Source of the DNA: a virus
Taxonomy: Duplodnaviria > Caudoviricetes
Virus record (IMG/VR): IMGVR_UViG_3300030331_005938
Coordinates: 1-28,219 of that record
Strand: one strand, 5' to 3'
Length of the DNA stretch: 28,219 nucleotides
Numbering within the stretch: position 1 is the stretch's first letter; each line of letters opens with the position of its first letter. Positions 20,701 through 28,009 of this stretch are shown here, in pieces. The notes beneath the pieces were generated by a model that worked only from the letters and a program-made list of their open reading frames with translations, ran no database searches and was not told the origin of the DNA. Position numbers and translations under genes: made by a program.

Positions 20701-23700
20701 TTAGATATTGGATAATTAAATGATATTTCAGATCTTTTAACTATGGTTCCTGCAGAATGAGTAGATGATGTTGTTGAATTATGTCCTCTTCTAACTCTAT
20801 ATCTGTTATTAACATCATCATGTCCAAGTATAAGAAACTGTTCATTTCCTATTTCAATAACATCATCAACTTTAAATTTTCTAGAAATAGTAGAATCAGA
20901 AAAAGTTACAAATGTTGTGATTCCAGTTGCAGAAACATCTAAAATATTTGTTGATAACCCAGAACTAACTGTTGAAACTCCTATTGTTCTAACTCCCTCC
21001 AAATTTTTGTAACTTGTTGATGTTATTCCTGAAATTTCTACAATATCACCATCAGAGAGATTATGAGGAATTGTTGATATTCCTGTAACTTTTCCATCCA
21101 ATACTGTAAATATAAGATTATCTACTATTGTATTCGTAGTTTCCACAGAAACAATAGGCTGTCCTATCACCTGATCAACTTTAGCTAAAATAGTAGGATC
21201 ATTGAAATTTAATTTATCATTTACTTTGTAATTAGATCCAAACTGATCAATTTTAATACCTGTTATTGTAGATGATTCAATTGAACTAACTTTTATTTCT
21301 GCATTTGAATTTAAAGAATCTTGAAGTAAAGGATATCTCCTAAACTCATCATTTAATCCTAAATGAGTAACATTTCTTTTATAATCACCACTATTTAAAA
21401 TAGTATCTAATTGTTTACTATCAACCGTTAAGTTAAATTCATCTGTAAGATCACGATGTGAAAATGTTATATATGGAAATGAAGGATTTTTAGTTGTACT
21501 GTCTATAGTTGAAAAATATGCGTATGTCCCCTCTGGAAAATCAGAATTTATTATAAATTTACCATTATTTTCATCTAAATCTCCACTTCCATTATAAGTA
21601 TAATCTTTAATGAAAAAACCATTGCCATAAGATGAAGGTCTTAATTGGGGATCAGAAATTGGATTAAGAATGTAACTAGATCTTAAAAAGGTAAGTCCAA
21701 TTCCTATTCTTTCTCCAACTGGCCCATATATTGGATTACCATCATAAGACCAGCCAACAATTTTTGAATGATTGTCAGTTGATTCTGCAGTATTAGTATC
21801 ATCGATATTATCTGTAAGTAAAATACGATATTTCTTTACTGGATAAAATGAACAGATACTATTATTTTTCGATGTTTCTCCACGTATTTGAATAAATTGA
21901 GAGTTATTTTCAGTTAGAGTATAATTATATCTTTCTACTGCATTTATTTTCCATTCATGTATTTTAGTGTTAATAATTTCACCAGATCCAGCAGGAGTGA
22001 TTTTTACAAAAGTATTATTTAAATTATAACCAGATCCACCCTCAATTATAGTAACTCCTGTAATTGTTCCATTTGAAACTATAGATTTTAATTCTGCAAA
22101 TTGTCCTACAGTTCCAGATGTGCCACCAATTCCAATAACTTCAAGATTTGGTGGAGTTGTATAGTTAGTTCCACCATTAATGATGTCAACATCTGTTATT
22201 CTACCATCAACAATAATTGGACGTATAACCGCATTTTCATCTCCAGTTAATAATTTTATTTTGGGTGGATTTATGTAATTAATAATATTTGTAACTCCAT
22301 ATCCAACTCCTCCGTCTTCAATATAAACATTTTTTAATTTACCGTTAACTACAGGTGTAGCAGTAGCTTTAAAATAATCAGGAATTGAAGTTGTTGTTCC
22401 AACAGATACTACACCTTCAATATTAACTTCTATATCTGGATATTTAAATGTGTGTGTTCCCACGCCAACACTATTTAAATTTACATATATTTTTCTCTCA
22501 TAATTTGTATTTGTTATTGCATTTATTGTTCCAGCATCACTTAATTTAAATTTATCACTATCAATAATTGTCACTTGATATGTTTTTGATGTTGATAATC
22601 CAGATATAACTGAACCATCAAATTGATATTCTAAAACATCACCATTTTTCAAATTGTGATTCTTAGCATAAATGTAATTATTTTCAACATTTACACCACT
22701 AAAAGTTTCTAAAAGATTACTAGTTGGATAGTTATTACTTCTTATTGAAATTTTATGATTATCATATCCCGATCCAGAATCATTAACAATTATTCTATCA
22801 ATAATTTTTCTTATTTTTTTGGATCTAAATGTATGACTTTTGTTTCCATCATCTAAAAATTCTATTAAATTTGTTTTATTTAATGCTCTTTCTTGATTTA
22901 TTGCTAATTTAAATGAATTATCATCAATTTTTGCAATAAAATAAGTTGTTTCAGATGTCAATCTATCAGTGTTAAATCCCACATTAACAGCAGTATTGAT
23001 TCCAATTGGTGTTCCTGTGGCGATATATGTAACCTCCTCTCCATCTAAAAATCTATGATCTCCTATAATTTTATTATTTGTTACATCTATTTCAGACTCA
23101 ATGAATGTTTTGCTATGAGTAAATCCTCTCATTTTTGCTTCACAAATAGCACCAGATCCATTTCCACCAATTACTTTTACTGATGGCGTGGTTGCATAAT
23201 CAAATCCTTTTTTATCTAAAACTATTTCTGATACTGATCCTGAAAAATTAGCATTAGCTAGACATCCATTTCCATTATCATCCAATATCGATAATGATGG
23301 AGGTTGAATAACATTATAATTATCTCCAGAATCCAAAACTTCAATTTCATCAATCTGTCCATAAAAAACTGAGTCGTTTGAAATTGGTGAATGATACTCT
23401 ACACCGTTTAAAGATAATCCTATTGGCCCAGTAATATTAGTGCTATTAACTTTTATTTTTGGTTTTCTGAATATTCTTTTAAAATTATTTTGATTATCTA
23501 ATTTTTTACCATCATGTAAATCTGCAGGTGTTATGGTATGGATACCAACTCCAACATTGTTATATTTAATTTTTTGAAAATTATTAATATAAATGTCAGA
23601 GGAATTTAAAGATAATCTAAACGTATTATCATCAACTACATTTACAAAATAATAACCACTATCAATATCAAATAATCCAGAATTGGGTATAATTGACAGG

Positions 23701-25511
23701 TAAACTTTTTCACCATTTAAAAAATTATGATCATTTATAGTAATTGTATTATTACTAGTGCTAACATTATTTGAATTAAATTCATGTGACCTATTGGTTG
23801 TTTGACTATCAAAAGATGGATATCCCGAACATGCAATATAAGCATTTTTTTCAGAATCCACAAAAGAATTTTGAATATTTGATAAAAGTGATGTAATACC
23901 AAAATTAGAAGATACGTAGTTTAATCTTTTTTTAATTGTGTAATCACCAAATGCATTTACACCACTACTAGCTTGGAATTGTTTAGAATTGTTTATTACA
24001 TCTACCCTTACATTCTCTAAAACAGAAACTCCAGTATTTTTAGATATAACATCAATCCTATCACCAACTTTTAAAAAATGTTCTGACAAAGTATTGAATG
24101 TTTTTGCTGCATCACTACCAGATCCTGATGGATGTTGAATAACATCAACATACGATATGTTATTATAAAACCAAGTATTAAATCTTAAATCATCTACATC
24201 GTATTTTTCTCCTAAATGTTTTACTTTAATTGAATCATTAAGATCAAAATATTTTGTAGTATTAACATTGTCAGAAGTTTTTCTAATTGATCCAACCACT
24301 CTCATTTGACAAATTTTGGTTAAATCATTGTTTTCATATCCATAAATAAAATTCAAATCTATAATTGGATCTGATTCTGTTAAAGTTGTAGTTATACCAG
24401 TACACCCAAAAAATTGATTACTTGATTTTGATTTAAATTCTGCTAAAGTGTATATATTATCTGCGTTTGGATAGTAAAAATTACCAGTTTCTCCAAACCC
24501 AATTGTAGAATCTACACTTATAATACTATTTGTCTGTGCAGTTGATACTACTCTAGTTTTTGTTGAAATTTTAAATTTATTAAATATTGTTCCCTTTGAA
24601 AAAGATATTCGGTAATATAGTTTACCACCTAAAAACTTTGTAGATACATCTGAAACTGCTCCACTAGCAGTTGGATTGGTAAATGAATCTTGATATATCT
24701 TAACTCCTTTCAAATTTAGAGGATTACCAGATAAGACCTCAACTATAATGTCATCAGTTATATCCCATCTAGATTCTGAGGGTCTAATTGTTTGATCAAA
24801 TGGTTTAATAACTTCAATCTGTTCACCATATAAAACTTGAAAGAGTATCTTTAGAGATGTATCTGTTCCCTTTGAACTGTAAAAATCTCTTGCTCTTGAT
24901 AAAATATTTTCTACATTCAATCCATAAGCAAAACTTTTTCCCTCTAAACCTGGTAAAAAGTTTTTTCTAAATTTTCTATAAAATTCAGTTACAAAACGAA
25001 AACTTAAATTCAGAACAAATGAATTAGATTCATGTGTTGATGCATTTGTATAACTAAATGTTAAAAATTCAGGATTTCCCTGAGTTTTAATATTTGAGAT
25101 ACCACTAAATCCACGAATACATCCTGTAAATGAAGTATCAGTTTTTCCAGTATATGTAATAATTTCATTACCAATTTTTAGTAAACCATACTTGTCAGGA
25201 AACCCAACAGTTTGATTCACATTAATAATATCATCAAAAGCAAAAATTTTAGAAGTTAAAATAACTGGTAATTCTGGAGCAGTACTATTTGGTGCATTAA
25301 CTGTTTGTTTTTCAACCAGAGAAATATCTGAGACTGTAGATATATTTTTAAAAGATGAAATATTATCAGCTAAGTATGTTGTTCCATACTCACGTTCCTC
25401 AGATTCATAGTATTGAGTTAAAAACTCTTTAAAGAGTGGATTATCTGCTTGTATAAAATCTGGTATTTGACTACCAAGAATATTTGAAATTTTAACTTTT
25501 TTATCAGACAT
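14718..25511 (-). CDS. gp7: Baseplate wedge initiator gp7-like giant structural protein (3597 aa)
   Basis: N-terminal QIPDFI...FKEFLTQYY and DFYSSKGT..SLKILFQVLYG, plus internal IHDNDYYQRFSYSIK...W...V..L.HIAGFKNF, are wedge motifs. Uninterrupted 10.8-kb ORF between gp6 and gp8. Confidence 0.85.
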   Translation of the reverse strand: MSDKKVKISNILGSQIPDFIQADNPLFKEFLTQYYESEEREYGTTYLADNISSFKNISTVSDISLVEKQTVNAPNSTAPELPVILTSKIFAFDDIINVNQTVGFPDKYGLLKIGNEIITYTGKTDTSFTGCIRGFSGISNIKTQGNPEFLTFSYTNASTHESNSFVLNLSFRFVTEFYRKFRKNFLPGLEGKSFAYGLNVENILSRARDFYSSKGTDTSLKILFQVLYGEQIEVIKPFDQTIRPSESRWDITDDIIVEVLSGNPLNLKGVKIYQDSFTNPTASGAVSDVSTKFLGGKLYYRISFSKGTIFNKFKISTKTRVVSTAQTNSIISVDSTIGFGETGNFYYPNADNIYTLAEFKSKSSNQFFGCTGITTTLTESDPIIDLNFIYGYENNDLTKICQMRVVGSIRKTSDNVNTTKYFDLNDSIKVKHLGEKYDVDDLRFNTWFYNNISYVDVIQHPSGSGSDAAKTFNTLSEHFLKVGDRIDVISKNTGVSVLENVRVDVINNSKQFQASSGVNAFGDYTIKKRLNYVSSNFGITSLLSNIQNSFVDSEKNAYIACSGYPSFDSQTTNRSHEFNSNNVSTSNNTITINDHNFLNGEKVYLSIIPNSGLFDIDSGYYFVNVVDDNTFRLSLNSSDIYINNFQKIKYNNVGVGIHTITPADLHDGKKLDNQNNFKRIFRKPKIKVNSTNITGPIGLSLNGVEYHSPISNDSVFYGQIDEIEVLDSGDNYNVIQPPSLSILDDNGNGCLANANFSGSVSEIVLDKKGFDYATTPSVKVIGGNGSGAICEAKMRGFTHSKTFIESEIDVTNNKIIGDHRFLDGEEVTYIATGTPIGINTAVNVGFNTDRLTSETTYFIAKIDDNSFKLAINQERALNKTNLIEFLDDGNKSHTFRSKKIRKIIDRIIVNDSGSGYDNHKISIRSNNYPTSNLLETFSGVNVENNYIYAKNHNLKNGDVLEYQFDGSVISGLSTSKTYQVTIIDSDKFKLSDAGTINAITNTNYERKIYVNLNSVGVGTHTFKYPDIEVNIEGVVSVGTTTSIPDYFKATATPVVNGKLKNVYIEDGGVGYGVTNIINYINPPKIKLLTGDENAVIRPIIVDGRITDVDIINGGTNYTTPPNLEVIGIGGTSGTVGQFAELKSIVSNGTITGVTIIEGGSGYNLNNTFVKITPAGSGEIINTKIHEWKINAVERYNYTLTENNSQFIQIRGETSKNNSICSFYPVKKYRILLTDNIDDTNTAESTDNHSKIVGWSYDGNPIYGPVGERIGIGLTFLRSSYILNPISDPQLRPSSYGNGFFIKDYTYNGSGDLDENNGKFIINSDFPEGTYAYFSTIDSTTKNPSFPYITFSHRDLTDEFNLTVDSKQLDTILNSGDYKRNVTHLGLNDEFRRYPLLQDSLNSNAEIKVSSIESSTITGIKIDQFGSNYKVNDKLNFNDPTILAKVDQVIGQPIVSVETTNTIVDNLIFTVLDGKVTGISTIPHNLSDGDIVEISGITSTSYKNLEGVRTIGVSTVSSGLSTNILDVSATGITTFVTFSDSTISRKFKVDDVIEIGNEQFLILGHDDVNNRYRVRRGHNSTTSSTHSAGTIVKRSEISFNYPISKDVKNKNVQLSATRYFELDKSVGIGTTTTNVVVGFAGSLPINKSIPAKAIYLPNHNFENGDEVRLTSIGSTVKGTKNVNLSNAFDLAGIGTFYCSKINDDFIGLSTEKTNFNSNQIFFESINISNGDDNKIERITENISGFVRKINGTVTVATATTTGQQHGLSERDKFELHITSSNTQTFDLRYNSTIGKLVVNPISFLDSAIGIGTTNSRIKIDNHDFKTGDLVVYNSSTPATPLVNNGVYYVIKDSINDIRLAENLYDLSQFPVNYISIGATSGQNHQISKINPKLTFYKNNQINLITSDSSLNDFDIDFYEDINFQSKYNTNLITKTSGSILISVGSSLSTEFFYKIEGKNNNISKTLFLPVDERVIDYAKIEVVDSIFNREHIVTGIGSTTFNFNPKIIAETNSYTSSGFSSAFYSTQSTGEIGGIYSVKVLSDGINVDNLPIVTSIGTTTGVNAVVSVETDKIGSVSDTQVVNQGLEFSPDKTLKPKADSNLILELKDTLTLERIDIISGGINYTSPPNVLAIGKTSIVAQTFLTGSSVNNIKILANESGLSEDLRIIPITNSNGIVVKGASTDSNKTVTLELRAPIPDSGSGSGFYNNSGSFPFEIGDEIFVENIKITNQADGYNSSDYNYKYFTVVGIDTRGGEESVSYSLVGLGASGGIYQVDNNFGRVIKKENLAEFSPVFKKTSFNDNEVVKVIGKNTLGVVAKNGWDQLSESLKIFNANGDFVEGDVIRGTISDNKGTVTKQFKFDFDLDVNSTARNFNGWKDDVGKLNLDIQKIHDNDYYQRFSYSIKGDVPFEMWKDSVNSLGHIAGFKNFCNLGIGTTANATEGKTNLKPTAESQIDFDVNIDEEASVHERFYYDMVGEDTEDENLSKLVIFRSKVLTDYNESVSNKVLLIDDISSQFTGIVTSTGGGVIGTTNFNLFTGGDSLFHREFDPSTINTTNHQLTIPNHNFNTGERLIYKPHSGQSPIGIGTTSDTNTGVAATTLLPSEIFAIKVDNDKVKIAIAASFASAGVAVSFTNTSGIGNTNTIFVPSDDATIRTLISIDNMIQSPVGFSTIISVGLSTAVGLSTDIIFLNDVSEISGKSLIQIEDEIVKVNLVGVGSTNSLNVIRGEMGTVSAAHTVGAAVTVVKGDYRIDQGRIYFSEAPYGPTASSGIVTFSTFSGRAYYRLDYTTNLIIDDISDRFDGSTDKFAITSRGNDISGITSEKFGTLLINNIFQKPFYGDVGDINKSDYRLVGSGQTIDFTGSSLDKDLPRGGIINEFDVGIGSGYQIPRKAIFTAVVSAGGTIQSVGIASGGAGYLANPLVSVSSTTGVGAAISAFVTAGVVTSVTINNPGTGYTSTGISTGINFVTVAPPSPYKNIPLSGGNGSGATMDVVVGTGGSIISFNMSNRGIGYEIEDTLQLTTLPFQVGIGTSAFNITVKNKFQDKFSGWTFGQLLELDDFSSQFNGFRKSFLLTRTITDKQYYSIVAREGSGIILKNNFLVFINDILQIPDKDYTFESGTRFSFKEAPKSGSKFKIYFYTGSNDDFVETDVDETIKPGDELRLQYFSEETVNSGIVTATPHNLVDTVTIVNSGTGYSIGEEVELLGGSDESGIGNTGFPRNPNADLVKLKIDSISSSVDENGDPLGEVTGVSIINTGTLYTSGIKNAIGGSGSNLSVRVTIDDDSKVRTESRIVEDKESEQSNRVVYELIASDTVETTTYSGVGISTDPDFSRPVMWRKQTTDVVIDGQSISKERNSLEPQILPTTGIIKSISSSDTKICVKDTWLFQQVDNLGQTQNDISIVGLGTTAVVETIERVTYAGDYGIVVGIGVSSVGINTSGPALFFEIKPDPTEDFGIYSQNPGSTNKITRSGISTGDYFVIENTFIGNGITGIRTTSSGPETVSIGNSFLDNVYYVEHFVSVGSSITRIFANVNSVSGINTAGLSTHFKSGNYSWGAINVSRSSTSKPFTFHNQNGLLGIETSAQIVRTLPLRTSYS
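17780..24110 (-). repeat. Dispersed H-x-[FL]-x2-G-[DE] beta-domain repeats in gp7 (about 9 copies)
   Basis: EHFLKVGDRI, DHNFLNGEKV, DHRFLDGEEV, NHNLKNGDVL, PHNLSDGDIV, NHNFENGDEV, QHGLSERDKF, NHDFKTGDLV, NHNFNTGERL. Several are followed by Y[YF]V..[VI]DD..F.L. Boundaries approximate. Confidence 0.8.
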
Positions 25512-25514
25512 TTC

Positions 25515-27392
25515 TTATCTTGTATATTTTTTATTGCTAATAAAACTAGAGGGTGGTGCATAATTTGTTCCTGAAATATTTGAACCAGAAACAAGAACAT
25601 CTTCTAGTAGGTTTAATTTACTATTTCCTGTAGTATCTAGCACAATATAAAGGTTCTCTTTTGCGACAATATCATTTGATTCGGGAGTAACTTCAATCTC
25701 AACACGATCTAATAGTGATGTTGATGTAATATTTACTGGAAATAAGTTTACTTCACCTTTCATATAATCAACTGAACCTGCATTATTATTAACATAAGTT
25801 ATTACACCATCAACGAACGTAAAAAATTTAACAACTCCTGTGAGTTGATTAGTGTCTGGAAAATCGGTTAAAAATAGATCTCCATCAACTCCTTCTATTC
25901 TAAATGATGAAGAACGAATATTAAAGCCTTCTAAATCTGCATGAAATCTATTTCCATAGCAAACTTCATAAGTTGCAACTTGATTTATTAAAGGACTTAG
26001 ATTCCTTCTCATTACAAGAGTCGTAATATTTGAGGTAATTCCATTATCAACATTATCAATTTGAGAAAGTAATTTACTATATTTTAATCTTCCTCCAAAA
26101 GAATTGATATCGGTTGATTTTGCATAATTTTCAATTGTTGATAAAATTCTAGATTGTAAATTTAACTTATCTGAGATAAATCCAGTATCATACGATACAG
26201 TTGTATTAAATTCAACATAAAGATACATTAAATCAAGAAGTTCTTGTTTAATTCCAGCTACAGTATAGTTTTTAAGATCATTTTTAATAGAATCTTTAAC
26301 TACATCAGATAATACCTCTCCGTATTTTGGTTTAATAGTGATATAAACTTTTCCAAATTCTGGTGGATCAAGTTCTTCACCCCCATATGCACTTACAGAA
26401 TCAACGTTTGGGTATAGAAAGGGTATTAGACTCTTATAATCATTTGGTGTAACTGCTCTATATTGAGACGCATAGACCCTTGGAGCTAAGTATTTTATAT
26501 TGTCAATAGATTCTATCGAATCACCATTTTCAGACCGTTGTAGGGTTGTTAAGAGGGATATTCCACTTGTAATATCAGCACCATTATTATCTGTTAATCT
26601 TCCCGAAAAATTAAAGTTTACAGCGTTATTTCCATCTTTTCCATTTGTGACTATGTAACTAACATTTATTTCTGCTGCATCAGATAATTTTTTACCTAAA
26701 ATACCATCCCCAAAAAGAATCTGATATTTTTCATCATTAATTTCTTGTATCAAGAATAATCTTGACTCAGAATTAACATCAAATATGTTAGTAAAGGCAT
26801 TATAAGTTAAAGTTCCTTCATTATCCTTCACTTCAACACGAATTGAAGATGTATCAATATTTGTATTTGGTAATATAAACCTTTGATTTGTTTGTGAACT
26901 ATCTACTTTGAAGGTTTTTGTAAGATAACTACCTTCAAAAATTGAAATATTATTAAAACTAGCAATTCCATTACTATTTGGAGTAACTGTAATATCATCT
27001 GGTATTGAAAATATGTAATTTCCACCTTGAACCGAACCTAAAGCAACTATACCTGCGTTTAATTTGACACTGAGTACATCTGATCCTGATACATTAACAT
27101 TAAAATTAACAATTGCAGTTGATGATTTACTTGATCTTGGTACATAACCAATATTTCTTGCTAATGATACAACATTTTCACGTAGAGTAGCACTATCAAT
27201 GAAAGACTCATTGACAGCCATGTTTGTATTATAAGAAGTTATATAAGAGTTATATGCTAAAGTGTCTATTAATATAGAAAAATTAGACCCCTCGAAATCA
27301 AAATCAGTAAAATTTGAGTTTGATCTCAAGTAATCTTTGATCTGAGCTCTTAAAGTATTAAAATCGAGGTTTGTAAACTGTGTAAATGACAT
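25515..27392 (-). CDS. gp6: Baseplate wedge subunit gp6
   Basis: LDFNTLRAQIKDYL...FTDFDFEGSNFSILIDTLAYN...ESFIDSATLRENVVSLARNIGYVPRS, FGDGILGK, QYRAVTPNDY and YGGEE..PPEFGKVYI match T4 gp6. Confidence 0.96.
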   Translation of the reverse strand: MSFTQFTNLDFNTLRAQIKDYLRSNSNFTDFDFEGSNFSILIDTLAYNSYITSYNTNMAVNESFIDSATLRENVVSLARNIGYVPRSSKSSTAIVNFNVNVSGSDVLSVKLNAGIVALGSVQGGNYIFSIPDDITVTPNSNGIASFNNISIFEGSYLTKTFKVDSSQTNQRFILPNTNIDTSSIRVEVKDNEGTLTYNAFTNIFDVNSESRLFLIQEINDEKYQILFGDGILGKKLSDAAEINVSYIVTNGKDGNNAVNFNFSGRLTDNNGADITSGISLLTTLQRSENGDSIESIDNIKYLAPRVYASQYRAVTPNDYKSLIPFLYPNVDSVSAYGGEELDPPEFGKVYITIKPKYGEVLSDVVKDSIKNDLKNYTVAGIKQELLDLMYLYVEFNTTVSYDTGFISDKLNLQSRILSTIENYAKSTDINSFGGRLKYSKLLSQIDNVDNGITSNITTLVMRRNLSPLINQVATYEVCYGNRFHADLEGFNIRSSSFRIEGVDGDLFLTDFPDTNQLTGVVKFFTFVDGVITYVNNNAGSVDYMKGEVNLFPVNITSTSLLDRVEIEVTPESNDIVAKENLYIVLDTTGNSKLNLLEDVLVSGSNISGTNYAPPSSFISNKKYTR

Positions 27393-27793
27393 TATATCCT
27401 AGTCGGTTGGAGTAAAAATTCGATATTTTGTGTCGGAAATGATAATCCAGTGATCTCATATTCAATTCTTATCTGTAATTCATAAGAGTCAACTAAAGAA
27501 TCAACAATAACATTCGTTAAATTTATCCTTGGTTCAAAATTTTTAAGTAAAGTAGAAATTTCTCTCTCTAAAAATGATCCAATATCACTCAAATTAGTTT
27601 CAAATAGTGAATCTTCAATTGATGTACCTAATAAATCGTTAAAAAATCTCTCATTTATGCGTGTTCGGCATAAATTTACTACTGATTTCTTAATTGCATC
27701 TTCATTTTTCAACACGGTTACGTCATTTGTAACTGGATGTCGAGTAAAAGACAAACTAATGTCCTTAAATGCACGAGAAATTTTAACTACCAT
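27392..27793 (-). CDS. gp25: Baseplate wedge subunit gp25 (sheath initiator)
   Basis: FKDISLSFTRHPVTND...NEDAIKKSVVNL...ERFF...G..I...LFE...NFEPRI is the gp25/GPW family pattern. TAATG coupling to gp6. Confidence 0.95.
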   Translation of the reverse strand: MVVKISRAFKDISLSFTRHPVTNDVTVLKNEDAIKKSVVNLCRTRINERFFNDLLGTSIEDSLFETNLSDIGSFLEREISTLLKNFEPRINLTNVIVDSLVDSYELQIRIEYEITGLSFPTQNIEFLLQPTRI

Positions 27794-27800
27794 TCAATTT

Positions 27801-27822
27801 GATATATTTTTCCTAATATATC
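27801..27822 (-). promoter_or_regulatory. Stem-loop in the gp25 leader
   Basis: Perfect 8-bp inverted repeat GATATATT-AGGAAA-AATATATC (minus strand) ending 7 nt before the ATG. Confidence 0.5.
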
Positions 27823-27847
27823 TATAAGGGTTTTTAAGATATAGGTA

Positions 27848-27855
27848 TATTTATT
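27848..27855 (-). promoter_or_regulatory. Late promoter (AATAAATA) for gp25-gp6-gp7
   Basis: Matches the NATAAATA cyanophage late consensus. Overlaps the 43-aa ORF stop codon, 54 nt upstream of gp25. Confidence 0.65.
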
Positions 27856-27982
27856 GATCTTCTTTCAAAAATTGAGGTTTTTCGTCCTCTTTTTCTTCAA
27901 AATAAGCTTCACCTTCATACTCACTAATCAATTTTCGACCACTTTTAATAAATTCTTCATCTTTATCAACTTTGATTACCAT
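27851..27982 (-). CDS. Small acidic hypothetical protein (43 aa)
   Basis: Not in the ORF track. MVIKVDKDEEFIKSGRKLISEYEGEAYFEEKEDEKPQFLKEDQ*. GGAG SD at 27992-27989, 6 nt before the ATG, with a late promoter just upstream. Confidence 0.8.
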   Translation of the reverse strand: MVIKVDKDEEFIKSGRKLISEYEGEAYFEEKEDEKPQFLKEDQ

Positions 27983-28001
27983 TTTTTACTCCATAATGAC
28001 T

Positions 28002-28009
28002 TATTTATC
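28002..28009 (-). promoter_or_regulatory. Late promoter (GATAAATA)
   Basis: NATAAATA match overlapping the stop codon of the upstream gene, 19 nt upstream of ATG 27982. Confidence 0.65.

Noticed and set aside
5717-25511. Inteins, introns or homing endonucleases in the giant ORFs
   Set aside because: No C/S...HN-[CST] splice junctions and no LAGLIDADG, HNH or GIY-YIG motifs seen. Frames are uninterrupted.
25509-25517. gp6 and gp7 in frame (TAA GAA ATG), possible readthrough fusion
   Set aside because: One-in-three chance arrangement, TAA is an efficient stop, and both genes have normal termini.
12067-25600. Other short ORFs inside VrlC-like, gp8, gp7 and gp6 genes (12067, 13593, 15532, 16279, 17536, 17543, 25418)
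   Set aside because: Entirely or almost entirely overlapping long conserved genes, with no protein-like features or SD.
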